Origin: Spirochaetaceae bacterium
Lineage (GTDB): Bacteria > Spirochaetota > Spirochaetia > DSM-2461
Direction: 5' to 3'
Length of the DNA stretch: 64,000 nucleotides
Assembly (NCBI GenBank): GCA_965224705.1
Contig: OZ245056.1
Coordinates: forward strand, 1,568,001-1,632,000
The notes under the pieces are model-generated. The model saw only the letters and a program-made list of their open reading frames with translations. It was not told where the DNA came from and made no database searches. This document shows positions 17,518-27,509 of the stretch, piece after piece (positions within the stretch are counted from its first letter, which is position 1; the number at the start of each line of letters is the position of its first letter). A program made the position numbers and the translations under genes.

Positions 17518-19956
17518 ATGAAGATTTCCATCAATTGGATCAGTGATTTTGTTGACCTTCCCACGGGGCTGAGTGATAAAGACCTTGCAGAACGCATTAC
17601 TCTTTCTGTGTGCGAGGTGGAAGGTGTGGAACGTATTGGTACGATTCTTGAAGAGGTAGTAATTGCGGAAATAATTTCTGTGGTTCCCCATCCTGATGCT
17701 GAGAAACTTAAACTTGCCACGGTTAATACAGGTGGGAATGAAGTGACTGTTGTCTGTGGGGCTGAAAATTGCCGTACCGGTATAAAGGTTCCGTATGCGG
17801 CAATCGGAGTTACACTGCCCACAGGTGTTACCTTGCAGAAGAAGAGAATCAGAGGGATTGAATCCTGTGGAATGCTCTGTGCAGAGGATGAACTTGGGTT
17901 GTCTGATAAGCATGAAGGTCTCATGGAAATCGATGGCGATATACAAACGGGATCGACTCTTTCCCAGGCATTGGGAGATGCCGCCGCCAGTGATCTTCTT
18001 CTGGATATTGATAATAAATCCCTCACCCACAGACCTGATTGTTGGGGGCATTATGGGTTGGCCCGGGAATTTGCGGCCGTTTTTTATAAACCGTTCAGGG
18101 ATCGATTCAACAAGTCATGGGCAGACTCAATAAAGAAAAAGATTGGTGTCAGTGAACCTCCTGTCACCATTCATGTCGATAGGAATTCTGCAAATCAGGG
18201 ATTTGTAGGTCTGTCTGTTGACGGTGTTAGAATCGGCATAAGTCCTGACTGGATGCAGAGACGGCTTATCGCTGCCGGAATGCGGCCTGTTAATACAATT
18301 GTGGATATTTCGAACTATGTCATGCTGGAAATGGGAATCCCCAATCATATTTTTGATAGAAATGCAATCAGCGGAGGAAAAATAATAGTCCGTAGAGCGG
18401 GCAGGGACATGAATTTCACAACGCTGGATGGTCAGGTGAGAGCGTTGAAGGCTTCCGATACCATGGTATGTGATACCCGGCATGAACTGGCGATTGCAGG
18501 AATAATGGGCGGCATGGAGAGTTCTATCTCCGACGAAACAACTCAAATCATGATTGAGGCCGCGAACTGGACTGATGTGGAAATACGGCGAACCGGAACA
18601 AGGCTGGGCTTGAGAACCGATGCATCCATTCGATATGAAAAAAGTCTTGACAGTCAGCAGTTAGAAAAAAGCATTCTGAGAATCTACGAACTCATTCTGC
18701 AGTTCAATCCCGATGCCAGGGCTTCAGGAGGAATTCAGACCGATAACATGCCTGAACCGCTGGATCTTGCTATTAAGATTTGCCTGCCAGGGATATCGGA
18801 GCTGCTGGGGATCTCCATTGATAAGGAGACTCTGCATGACATTCTTGAGAGACTGGATTTCAAAGTCAGTGACATTCCTGGTTCATCAACTGAATTCATG
18901 ATCCATGTCCCGTCCTGGAGATCAACGAAGGATATTGAATGTGAGGTTGATATCGCAGAAGAAATCGGCCGGATAATTGGCTATGAAAAGATCATTCCAG
19001 TCAGTCCCGGACATGATATACGGCCCCTCCAGCTTTCTCCCGGGAAGAAGCTCTTCCGGAAGATTCAAGATTTCATGGTTCTTCGCGGACATGCTCTTGA
19101 AATAATGACCTATCCCCTCATCGGGCCATCCCTGCTTCATAAAGCATCATGGCCGATAATGAATGAAAATCTCTGTCTGGCCAATGCCCTGAACCCGGAG
19201 CAGGACAGGATGCGGCCAAGTTTGATACCAAGTCTGCTCCAGGCAGCAGCTGACAATCGTAAAAGATATGATACCTTCCGTTTGTTTGAGTGCGGGAGAG
19301 CCTATATCAACCCCGAGCACAAAAACTGCTTCCCGGATCTCCATCAGGTTGGAATCGTTTTCCAGGCAGAAAACAAAACTCCTGTCATTGAATTAATTGA
19401 TACGGTAGAAGAGCTTCTGAAGTATCTTGATCTGCCGGGGAATGTAATTCAGGGAGATCCGCAGAAACCCCATAAACTGATACCGGAGGCATGGGCAGGG
19501 AGTCATCCCCATGAATTTCTCGATGTTCTGATCAAGGGAGAGTCCCGGGGAGTTCTTTTATCAGTCCACCCTCAGATAACTGAAACCTTCAAGATTAAAG
19601 GCCGGACAAGTCTGGCTGTTCTGGACTTTACGGACAGCATGGATCAGTCGATCATCAGTAAAACGACATTTAAGAGCCTGGACAGATTTCCCGGAGCAGT
19701 ATTTGATGTTACAGTTGTCATGCAGAAAAACGCTTACATATCCAATGCAGTCGATGCTGTTAATAACCTCAGAATAAAGGAAATACGTTCTGTCCGCATC
19801 CTGGATATTTTCAATCTGGAGGAAAAGAGCAAAGCTGTCACACTGCGAATTGAAATGAGGGATGCGGATAAAACACTTGACACAGGTTTCCTTCAAAATA
19901 CCGAAAGAAAGATTATTGAATGGCTCGATGAAGAAGGATTCCCTCTGAGAGTTTAA
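17518..19956 (+). CDS. pheT: phenylalanyl-tRNA synthetase beta subunit
   Basis: MKISINWI, HPDAEKL, VVCGA.N, GMLCAEDELG, HRPDC, DIAEEIGRIIGY, C-terminal anticodon-binding domain. Confidence 0.97.
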   Translation: MKISINWISDFVDLPTGLSDKDLAERITLSVCEVEGVERIGTILEEVVIAEIISVVPHPDAEKLKLATVNTGGNEVTVVCGAENCRTGIKVPYAAIGVTLPTGVTLQKKRIRGIESCGMLCAEDELGLSDKHEGLMEIDGDIQTGSTLSQALGDAAASDLLLDIDNKSLTHRPDCWGHYGLAREFAAVFYKPFRDRFNKSWADSIKKKIGVSEPPVTIHVDRNSANQGFVGLSVDGVRIGISPDWMQRRLIAAGMRPVNTIVDISNYVMLEMGIPNHIFDRNAISGGKIIVRRAGRDMNFTTLDGQVRALKASDTMVCDTRHELAIAGIMGGMESSISDETTQIMIEAANWTDVEIRRTGTRLGLRTDASIRYEKSLDSQQLEKSILRIYELILQFNPDARASGGIQTDNMPEPLDLAIKICLPGISELLGISIDKETLHDILERLDFKVSDIPGSSTEFMIHVPSWRSTKDIECEVDIAEEIGRIIGYEKIIPVSPGHDIRPLQLSPGKKLFRKIQDFMVLRGHALEIMTYPLIGPSLLHKASWPIMNENLCLANALNPEQDRMRPSLIPSLLQAAADNRKRYDTFRLFECGRAYINPEHKNCFPDLHQVGIVFQAENKTPVIELIDTVEELLKYLDLPGNVIQGDPQKPHKLIPEAWAGSHPHEFLDVLIKGESRGVLLSVHPQITETFKIKGRTSLAVLDFTDSMDQSIISKTTFKSLDRFPGAVFDVTVVMQKNAYISNAVDAVNNLRIKEIRSVRILDIFNLEEKSKAVTLRIEMRDADKTLDTGFLQNTERKIIEWLDEEGFPLRV

Positions 19957-19995
19957 CTGGCGGAAGAATTAATCCCGGTACGGCAGGATTACACG

Positions 19996-20391
19996 CAGGG
20001 CAATCGCATCTAATTTTGTTACAAAAAAATGAAAACACTGATTTTCGAGGTCAATGGAAATTTTTATCCAGTGTCTCAAAGAATGTGGAATCTCCTCAAA
20101 GCGGCATTAAACCGCAGAGAACGCAGAGGTACGCAGAGAGATATAGGGCAGCTCTTAAAACCGCTTAGAGCTGCCCGTGGGCGCATGGACGCACCCACAT
20201 TTTGGGCAAAACGCCCAAAAATGGAGAAAAAGTCTTACTTTAGTCCGGGTTCTTTCGTCTCTATAGCATAAACAGATTGGTCAACATGTATCTTGAACAC
20301 TCTGCGCTCTCTGCGTCCTCTGCGGTTAAAAACCCATGAATAAGGCTTTGAAGAACACTCTGGCTAGTGGATTTTAGATGCGATTGCCCTG
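19996..20391. mobile_element. non-autonomous ISAs1-like miniature element (family B, 396 bp) with nested repeats
   Basis: Perfect 18-bp TIRs CAGGGCAATCGCATCTAA / TTAGATGCGATTGCCCTG and perfect 10-bp TSD GGATTACACG (19986-19995 and 20392-20401). CAGGG ends with a 10-bp DR fit ISAs1. No transposase inside. Confidence 0.88.
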
Positions 20392-20406
20392 GGATTACAC
20401 GGTACA

Positions 20407-20435
20407 TTGACTGAAACGGTTTCTCATTCTACAAT
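20407..20435 (+). promoter_or_regulatory. sigma70-like promoter of tRNA-Leu
   Basis: TTGACT-17 bp-TACAAT, ending 13 bp upstream of the tRNA. Confidence 0.75.
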
Positions 20436-20448
20436 GTCATCGTAATCT

Positions 20449-20532
20449 GCCGGCGTGGTGAAATTGGTAGACACGATAGACTCAAAATCTATTGTTCGTA
20501 AGAACGTGTCGGTTCGAGTCCGACCGCCGGTA
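20449..20532 (+). tRNA. tRNA-Leu(CAA)
   Basis: Acceptor stem GCCGGCG/CGCCGGT, anticodon arm ATAGA-CTCAAAA-TCTAT, long variable arm, T-loop GGTTCGAGTCC. Confidence 0.96.
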
Positions 20533-20649
20533 GCCGCATAACTGGAAACATTGAAAACAGTTGACAACTAACGGCTGTTACCCTTATATTGCCATTGAGA
20601 CGATTCAATTGCAAGAACCGAAAATGCTGTTGAAGTGGGGTGATTTGTA

Positions 20650-21603
20650 ATGATATTTAGAAAAAAGAACAGACTGAGATTCCAGACAATGTTGAAGAAT
20701 GCTGTTATTGTGCTGTCGATTGCAGGGGCTGCAGGATCATGCTCCAGTAACGCAAGTAACATTCATCCTGATTTGAAGGAACAGGTAAGAATTGGAGGAA
20801 ATGGAATAGCATATACTCGGCCGGGGGAACAGCTGTACTATTCTGATGTTACGGTCGATTCAGACTCGAAATCCATTATTTCATTTATGCCAAGCGGTGC
20901 ATCGAATGGAGAATGGCCAAGAATTACATTTGAAATGGAAAAAGACAAACTCATCCTGAGAGGTGGAGTAATCTCTGATGCAAGACCTGTTGATGAATTC
21001 GGTCAGAACAAAGATTTTTACAATAAATTGAAGGATTTACTGAACAGTGACAATATAGATATGCCGACACCTAATTTTAAGCAGGAGCAGTATATTTACA
21101 ATATGGATGGATTAGTCAGAGAAATAATTTCTAATCCCACCAATATTCTATACAAGAAGGAATTCTGGATTCTTGCGAATGACACCGATGATGGTTTTGC
21201 TGTTTATCTGCATAACCGCAGCGGTGAAATACAGGAAAGCTACATACCCGGGCAGGGGTATCTGGTTATTCCGGGGAAGGTCGCACAAACAATCCTGCGC
21301 ATTGATTTCGGAATCTCAACAATTTTTCCTGAGCAACGAGAACAGGCCGGAGTACAGACTGCTCTTGACAGGTTCTCTACGGTTAAGTTGAGGTATAACG
21401 ATTTCATGCAGTCCAACATAGTCGTCAAAGTTTTCAGAACATTGGATAGCGGCGGTACTGTCACAATTACGCAGAAGAAGAATACAATGAAATTTCATCT
21501 TTCACCCAATCTGATGATTGTTTACCCGGAGCGGGCAACCACAGCAACATCGATAGAACTCGAGAACGTTGTAGAATACGAAAATTCTGTTCTACTATTG
21601 TAA
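20650..21603 (+). CDS. hypothetical lipoprotein
   Basis: Basic N-region, hydrophobic stretch and lipobox-like AGSC. No family recognised. Confidence 0.7.
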   Translation: MIFRKKNRLRFQTMLKNAVIVLSIAGAAGSCSSNASNIHPDLKEQVRIGGNGIAYTRPGEQLYYSDVTVDSDSKSIISFMPSGASNGEWPRITFEMEKDKLILRGGVISDARPVDEFGQNKDFYNKLKDLLNSDNIDMPTPNFKQEQYIYNMDGLVREIISNPTNILYKKEFWILANDTDDGFAVYLHNRSGEIQESYIPGQGYLVIPGKVAQTILRIDFGISTIFPEQREQAGVQTALDRFSTVKLRYNDFMQSNIVVKVFRTLDSGGTVTITQKKNTMKFHLSPNLMIVYPERATTATSIELENVVEYENSVLLL

Positions 21604-22464
21604 GGCATCCGTTTCGGGAACTGGTTTTTTCGATATCTCCGGGGAGTCCTGGAATGTATTCATGGCAAAATTTATCAGTGTCATCATAACTGTGAACCGC
21701 AGAATGCTTTGAGCAGCCAGGAGGAATGCATTGCTGGCGGCGGAACTGGCTTCAAGTCCTGCAATAGCAATGAGCAGTGATGATATTACCAGGAATGGAA
21801 GAAATATCAGTATAAGGAAAAGAATTGTTATCACCTTGCGGTTTTCGTTATAGTACGCAAGGCTGACCATGCAGGCATGCTTCCCGTCTCTACCTGTACT
21901 GAGATGAATGAATGGGCCCAGTCCATACCGGTACAATCCTGAAAAGGTAAGAACAATACCGAAAAAAGATCCCAATGTGTACAGAAATCCCACGGAGAGA
22001 ACAATGCTTAAAGCACAGCTTACCAGTATTGCTGCTGCGGGTTTCCAGAAGATTTTCCAGACTGCAATCAAAACGGCTATAAAGAAATTCCTGTAAAGGG
22101 ATACTCCTTCTGATAATACCTTTGTAAACAGGGGAGTCTGATACTGTCGAAAAATTGTGATAGTACTGGAAAGAACTGCCCCGTAATAGATTGTACAGAG
22201 TAATCTCAGCACCCCTGTCGCTCCGTAATAGCCGATGAGACGCAGGGATGGTAAAACCATTTCAGAAGGGTTTTCCTGATCAAAGTCTTGAATGTGTTTC
22301 ATGAAGTCTGTGATGGCCTGTTCGATTGGCTGTGAGAATATCTGGTTTATGAATAAGACCGGTATCAGGACCAGGGTCGCCCAGATAAGAAGGTAGAGCA
22401 TCGGTTTCGCCTTCACCTGCAGCCACGAGTCTGATAAAGCGGTGATGATGGGTTGAAAATACAT
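21595..22464 (-). CDS. hypothetical integral membrane protein
   Basis: About 6 hydrophobic segments. ATG 22464 lies 7 nt after an extended -10 (TGcTAGCCT). Confidence 0.7.
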   Translation of the reverse strand: MYFQPIITALSDSWLQVKAKPMLYLLIWATLVLIPVLFINQIFSQPIEQAITDFMKHIQDFDQENPSEMVLPSLRLIGYYGATGVLRLLCTIYYGAVLSSTITIFRQYQTPLFTKVLSEGVSLYRNFFIAVLIAVWKIFWKPAAAILVSCALSIVLSVGFLYTLGSFFGIVLTFSGLYRYGLGPFIHLSTGRDGKHACMVSLAYYNENRKVITILFLILIFLPFLVISSLLIAIAGLEASSAASNAFLLAAQSILRFTVMMTLINFAMNTFQDSPEISKKPVPETDALQ

Positions 22465-22586
22465 AGACTTAAGGCTAGCATGTCTGTAATAGACTGACGA
22501 CCCCCCAGAGTGTGAGATGTCAGCAGACCGATGAGATATTTTAATGAGTTGTATAAAATCTGCGGACAGAACCATGGTTGCTCATC

Positions 22587-23435
22587 ATGATTAAAGCCAA
22601 CTACCATACCCATAACTGTCTCTGCGATGGCAGAGGCGAAATTGAAGAGTATGTTGACGCTGCTCTGGCGAAAGGGATGATGGCCCTGGGTTTTTCATCG
22701 CATGCTCCCATTCCCCTGGCGAACGACTGGACTCTCTCCAATGAGAATCTCACTGTGTACGTAAACCGATTGGAGGAACTTCAAAACCAGGAGGGGGAAG
22801 GCCGTATTCAGATCTATAAGGGCCTGGAGATTGATTATATTCCAGAGATTCAGGCTCCAGGCGATGCCAGTTGGCTGGGATTGAACCTGGATTTCTCGAT
22901 AGGGTCCGTTCACAGTACCACGGGTCTGGATAGAAATCCTCTCTACCACTGTGTTGATGGACCTCCTGAAGGACTTCTCTGGCTGCTTGATAATATCCAC
23001 AATGCTTCATTTGAATCCCTGTGTGAAGAATATTTTACACGAATCGCAGAATTAATCCGTCTTGGAGGGTTTGATTTTTTAGGACATTTTGATCTGGTAA
23101 AGAAACGAAACGCAAACAGTGATTTCTTCAGGGAATCTGACCCGTGGTACCACAGGCAGGTGTGCCATACCCTGGATATTCTCGAGAACAGTGGAATAAT
23201 TCTGGAGATTAATTCGGGGGGTATCTCCCGAAATGTTCTTGAAGAAGTCTATCCTTCACCATGGATTCTTGCAGAATCACTTAAGCGGAGTATTCCGGTG
23301 GTGATTAGCTCAGATGCTCATCGTCCCCAGGATGTCGATTTTTATTTTAACGAATCCAGACTGCTCCTTAAAGATATTGGCTACCGGGAATCATGGGTCC
23401 TGCTGGATGGTCAATGGACGGCCCTGCCGCTGTGA
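22587..23435 (+). CDS. histidinol-phosphatase, HisJ/PHP family
   Basis: NYHTH..CDG, GFSSH, GLEIDY, IGSVH, GHFDLVKK, LEINSG, SSDAH. Confidence 0.9.
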   Translation: MIKANYHTHNCLCDGRGEIEEYVDAALAKGMMALGFSSHAPIPLANDWTLSNENLTVYVNRLEELQNQEGEGRIQIYKGLEIDYIPEIQAPGDASWLGLNLDFSIGSVHSTTGLDRNPLYHCVDGPPEGLLWLLDNIHNASFESLCEEYFTRIAELIRLGGFDFLGHFDLVKKRNANSDFFRESDPWYHRQVCHTLDILENSGIILEINSGGISRNVLEEVYPSPWILAESLKRSIPVVISSDAHRPQDVDFYFNESRLLLKDIGYRESWVLLDGQWTALPL

Positions 23436-24127
23436 CACTGAGTGTTATCCGGTCCGTAGAACCTGTTCCCTATTCCATTGCATACGATTGCCAGAGAGCA
23501 CTGCATGCCCGCCGGGTTGAAGGGAATATCCCTGACACATTGTGGCTTCTGGAGCACCCTCCAGTTCTTACGACCGGAATCCGGCGGAATCAGTCAGCCA
23601 ATATTTTGATTGACCCGGCAGTTCATGGTATAGAAGTTTTTGAAACCGAACGCGGCGGTGAAGTCACATATCATGGTCCGGGACAGCTGGTGGGGTATCT
23701 TTTTGTGGACATGGAAGGACATGGATTTCGGATAAAGGAATTTGTGAAGAAGCTTGAAGCCGGATTCATTGTCTGGCTCAGGGAACGGCACAACATTGAT
23801 GCCCGGCATGATGCGGAACATACAGGGGTGTGGGTGGGTATGAACAAGATAACAGCTGTCGGCATTGCCCTGCGGCAGAAGGTGTCATTTCACGGATTTG
23901 CTTTCAATGTGAATACCCATCTGGCCCATTTTAACTGGATTGTTCCCTGCGGAATCAACGATTCGGCCAGAGGTATAACTTCACTGGAGGAATTGCTGGG
24001 TAAGAGCCTGGATGTGAATGAAATTGCCCTGGATCTTTCAGGTAAAATCAGAGAATCCCTTGGCTACGATGCCGGTGATTTCAGTATTTATACCCCACCG
24101 GATGAGCTTATAGGCGAAACAGTGTAA
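23432..24127 (+). CDS. lipB: lipoyl(octanoyl) transferase
   Basis: LLEHPPVLTTG, ERGGEVTYHGPGQLVGY, KITAVG, HGFAFNV, IVPCG. GTG start overlaps the upstream TGA. Confidence 0.95.
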   Translation: MTLSVIRSVEPVPYSIAYDCQRALHARRVEGNIPDTLWLLEHPPVLTTGIRRNQSANILIDPAVHGIEVFETERGGEVTYHGPGQLVGYLFVDMEGHGFRIKEFVKKLEAGFIVWLRERHNIDARHDAEHTGVWVGMNKITAVGIALRQKVSFHGFAFNVNTHLAHFNWIVPCGINDSARGITSLEELLGKSLDVNEIALDLSGKIRESLGYDAGDFSIYTPPDELIGETV

Positions 24128-24224
24128 CTGAATGATCGTTTACTGCCTGCATAGGGCAGTTCCCATTTCCAATATAGAATTCCAAACATTGACCAGCAGG
24201 TAATCCATGCTTAAGATGTCCCAT

Positions 24225-26381
24225 ATGAAAAAACGCCTCATTACCTCAGCACTACCCTATGTCAACAACATTCCTCATCTGGGGAATCTTATCCAGGTAC
24301 TGTCTGCTGATGTGTTTGCCCGGTTCTGTCGGCAATATGGTTATGAAACTCTGTATGTGTGCGGTACGGATGAGTATGGTACCGCGACGGAAACCAGAGC
24401 ATTGGAAGAAGGGATTAGCCCTCAGGAACTCTGTGACCGTTTTCATAGGATTCACGTGGATATTTACAGGTGGTTTGGAATTGATTTTGATCATTTCGGA
24501 AGAACAAGTCGAGCTTTACAAACGGAAATCGTACAGAATCTTTTCTCCAGGGTGGATGAGGCAGGCTACATCAAGGCAATCGCCATTGAGCAATTATACT
24601 GTGAGAAAGATCAACGGTTTCTAGCTGACCGCTACGTCCAGGGCAGTTGTCCTCACTGTGACTATGAGGAAGCCCGGGGGGATCAATGTGAAAACTGTGG
24701 AAAACTCCTTGATCCAACTGAACTAAAAAATCCTCGTTGCGGAACATGCGGCAGCACACCCGTGATTAAGAATACCAGTCATTTGTATATTGACCTGCCG
24801 GGCATCAAACCCATGCTGGAAGAGTGGATGAATGAAGCAAAGATAAAAGGATTCTGGTCGTATAATGCCATCCGCATGACCGAAAGCTGGATACGCGATG
24901 GTCTGAAAGAAAGGGCTATTACCCGGGATTTAAAATGGGGGATTCCTGTCCCCAAAGATGGATTCACGGATAAGGTATTCTATGTATGGTTTGATGCCCC
25001 TATAGGATATATCTCTATCACAGCTGATTATACAGAGAAATGGGAAGACTGGTGGCGCGATCCGGATAATACCGAACTCTTCCAATTCATGGGTAAGGAC
25101 AACATTCCCTTTCATACAGTCATTTTTCCCGGTTCTCAACTCGCTTCCGGGGAAATCTGGACGAAACTGCATCACATGAGTTCGACTGAGTATTTCAACT
25201 ATGAAACTGGCAAATTCTCAAAGAGTAAAGGAATTGGAGTCTTTGGCAACGACTGTCAGGAGACTGGAATACCAGCCGATGTATGGCGCTTCTACATCTA
25301 CTATAACAGACCGGAGAATTCTGATTTTCTTTTTACCTGGGCAGACTTCCAGGAGAAAGTGAATGGTGAGCTTATCGGAAATTTCGCCAATCTGGTGAAT
25401 CGCACCCTTTCTTTTGTGCACCGTTTCTACAATGGAAGAATTCCGGAAGCCGCCATTGATGAAGACTTGTGGAAGAAGGTGAAAGAATCGGAAGAAATCA
25501 TTACCAGGCGACTTGATCACGCTGAGTTAAGAAGTGCTCTTCGGGATATTTTCGCCCTTTCGGATCTTGGGAATAAAGCCTTCCAGGCCGGAGAACCATG
25601 GAAAACTCGGAAGGATAATCCCGAAGCCGCTGGAACTCTTCTAAAAACACTTCTTTACCTTATTCACGACCTGGCCATTCTTATCAAACCTTTTTTGCCT
25701 TCAAGTGCGAAACAGATATTAAACTGGCTTGGCATAAAAAATGATAACTGGGACCAACTTGGTAGGGCTGAAGGTCTCTCAATGATTGGTGAGTATCAGA
25801 TTCTTTTTGAGAAGCTTGAAGATGACAGGATTCAGGTCCTGAGAGAGCGGTACAGCGGTTCACAGAATCAACGAGAGGGTGATAAGTTTCAATCAAAGCC
25901 TGAAGAATCATTCAGTGATTTAGATTTAAGAGCAGCCAGAATAATCAATGTTGTCCGGCATCCGAATGCTGATAAACTCTATGTGATCACCCTGGATGAT
26001 GGAGGAGAGGAAACCAGAACTATATGCTCCGGCCTTGTCGGCAGCTACAATCCAGAGGATTTGCAGGATCAGACCATCATCCTTGTGTACAATCTCAAGC
26101 CGGCCAAATTCAGAGGGATCAGGAGTCATGGCATGTTACTCGCTGCTGAGGATGAGAATGAAGCATTGGAAGTGATTATGCCTGAAGCTCATCCTGGAGA
26201 CCGTGTTTGTCTGGCAGGGTCTGACCCATCCCCCCCTCCAGCGAAGAACATCAATATCGAGAGGTTTTTTGAAACCCCGATTCATGTTGTCGATGGTGAA
26301 GTGAAGGTGGGTGAGACAGGCCTGATTCTTTCCGGGAAACCCGTTAAAACAATAAAGGTACTCAGCGGCAAGGTTGGCTAG
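24225..26381 (+). CDS. metG: methionyl-tRNA synthetase with C-terminal tRNA-binding domain
   Basis: ITSALPYVNNIPHLGN, GTDEYG, Zn knuckles, YVWFDA, KFSKS, Trbp111-like tail. Confidence 0.97.
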   Translation: MKKRLITSALPYVNNIPHLGNLIQVLSADVFARFCRQYGYETLYVCGTDEYGTATETRALEEGISPQELCDRFHRIHVDIYRWFGIDFDHFGRTSRALQTEIVQNLFSRVDEAGYIKAIAIEQLYCEKDQRFLADRYVQGSCPHCDYEEARGDQCENCGKLLDPTELKNPRCGTCGSTPVIKNTSHLYIDLPGIKPMLEEWMNEAKIKGFWSYNAIRMTESWIRDGLKERAITRDLKWGIPVPKDGFTDKVFYVWFDAPIGYISITADYTEKWEDWWRDPDNTELFQFMGKDNIPFHTVIFPGSQLASGEIWTKLHHMSSTEYFNYETGKFSKSKGIGVFGNDCQETGIPADVWRFYIYYNRPENSDFLFTWADFQEKVNGELIGNFANLVNRTLSFVHRFYNGRIPEAAIDEDLWKKVKESEEIITRRLDHAELRSALRDIFALSDLGNKAFQAGEPWKTRKDNPEAAGTLLKTLLYLIHDLAILIKPFLPSSAKQILNWLGIKNDNWDQLGRAEGLSMIGEYQILFEKLEDDRIQVLRERYSGSQNQREGDKFQSKPEESFSDLDLRAARIINVVRHPNADKLYVITLDDGGEETRTICSGLVGSYNPEDLQDQTIILVYNLKPAKFRGIRSHGMLLAAEDENEALEVIMPEAHPGDRVCLAGSDPSPPPAKNINIERFFETPIHVVDGEVKVGETGLILSGKPVKTIKVLSGKVG

Positions 26382-27474
26382 GGTGGTTGGAGAGAAAAGT
26401 ACATTCTCTTTCAATATAGAGTCTATACCCCTTGAAAACTTAAACACCGGGAACAATCTTCTGCAAACCGGTTTCTGGGGACGTTTCAAGTCACGGTATG
26501 GCTGGAAGCCCCGAGGTTTTACCTGGGCTTATGATGGGGGAACTGGATCCCTGCTGGTTTTGGAAAAAAAACTCCCTGGAGGTCTGGGCCTGGGTTACAT
26601 CCCGTATGGTCCTGTACTTCCGGAGAATTACTCTCACGCCGAGATTTCAGATTTTCTTGTTCACCTTGCCGGGGGGCTGGCAAAGCATTTTCAACCGTCC
26701 TGCTTCATGCTGCGCTTTGACCTTACAAGCGGTACCCGGGGATCTGTCGGGACCAGAGTTAATCGGCCTGGCGGACTGGAGAAACCTCTTTGCAAAGCTC
26801 CTTACCGCATACAGCCCCAGGATACAGTTATATTGTCTCTGGCCGGTGAAAAAGATGAAATCCTGTCGAAGATGCATAAGAAAACCCGGTATAATATTCG
26901 ACTTGCAGCCAGAAAAGGGGTTGAAATTCGACTCTTTGAGGGACGCAGAGCTCTTGAGTTTCTGCCGAAATGGTATTTCCTGTATAAGGAAACTGGACGC
27001 CGAGATGCCATTTCCCTGCATAGCGAGGCATACTACCGCCAATTGTTTGAAGAATCGACCCATGATGAATATCCCTGCCTTAAACTGTACATGGCTGAGC
27101 ACGAAGGACGTCATCTGGCAGGAATCATTGTATCTCATTGCGGTAATAGAGCGACTTACATGTATGGTGCTTCCGCTTCCAGTAAAAGAGAACTGATGCC
27201 CAACTATCTTCTCCAATGGCAGGCCATTCAGGATGCTGTTGATGCCGGGTTGGAGGAGTATGACTTCTTCGGCATTCCACCTTCGTCTGATGCAAACCAT
27301 CCAATGCATGGCCTCTGGCGATTTAAAACCGGATTCGGAGGGAGTGTTCACCACTATATTGGGGCCTGGGATTACCCGTACCGCCCAACAGTCTACAAGT
27401 TCTATACCTGGGCCGAAAGAATTCGCAGTCAATTGCGTCTTGTACGAAAACGAAACAGATCACTGAATCATTAG
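26374..27474 (+). CDS. FemAB/FemX-family peptidoglycan aminoacyl (glycyl) transferase
   Basis: LLQT.FWG.FK..YGW, YIPYGP, KTRYNIRLA.RKGV, YMYGAS, YDFFGI, FKTGFGG. Confidence 0.88.
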   Translation: MARVVGEKSTFSFNIESIPLENLNTGNNLLQTGFWGRFKSRYGWKPRGFTWAYDGGTGSLLVLEKKLPGGLGLGYIPYGPVLPENYSHAEISDFLVHLAGGLAKHFQPSCFMLRFDLTSGTRGSVGTRVNRPGGLEKPLCKAPYRIQPQDTVILSLAGEKDEILSKMHKKTRYNIRLAARKGVEIRLFEGRRALEFLPKWYFLYKETGRRDAISLHSEAYYRQLFEESTHDEYPCLKLYMAEHEGRHLAGIIVSHCGNRATYMYGASASSKRELMPNYLLQWQAIQDAVDAGLEEYDFFGIPPSSDANHPMHGLWRFKTGFGGSVHHYIGAWDYPYRPTVYKFYTWAERIRSQLRLVRKRNRSLNH

Positions 27475-27509
27475 CACTTCCCTACACCAGATGGCTGGTC
27501 ATCCATATC

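Noticed and set aside
20029..20271. 80-aa ORF inside the family-B element
   Set aside because: It runs through the nested repeats and hairpins, has no transposase motif and no RBS.
20449..22464. tRNA-Leu as the integration site of a genomic island
   Set aside because: No integrase and no duplicated tRNA 3' end found. Only two hypothetical genes separate it from housekeeping genes.
26498..27432. Long alternative-frame and antisense ORFs over the Fem-family gene (and similar ones over pheST, fusA and HMGR)
   Set aside because: Shadow ORFs of well-supported genes with no recognisable motifs.
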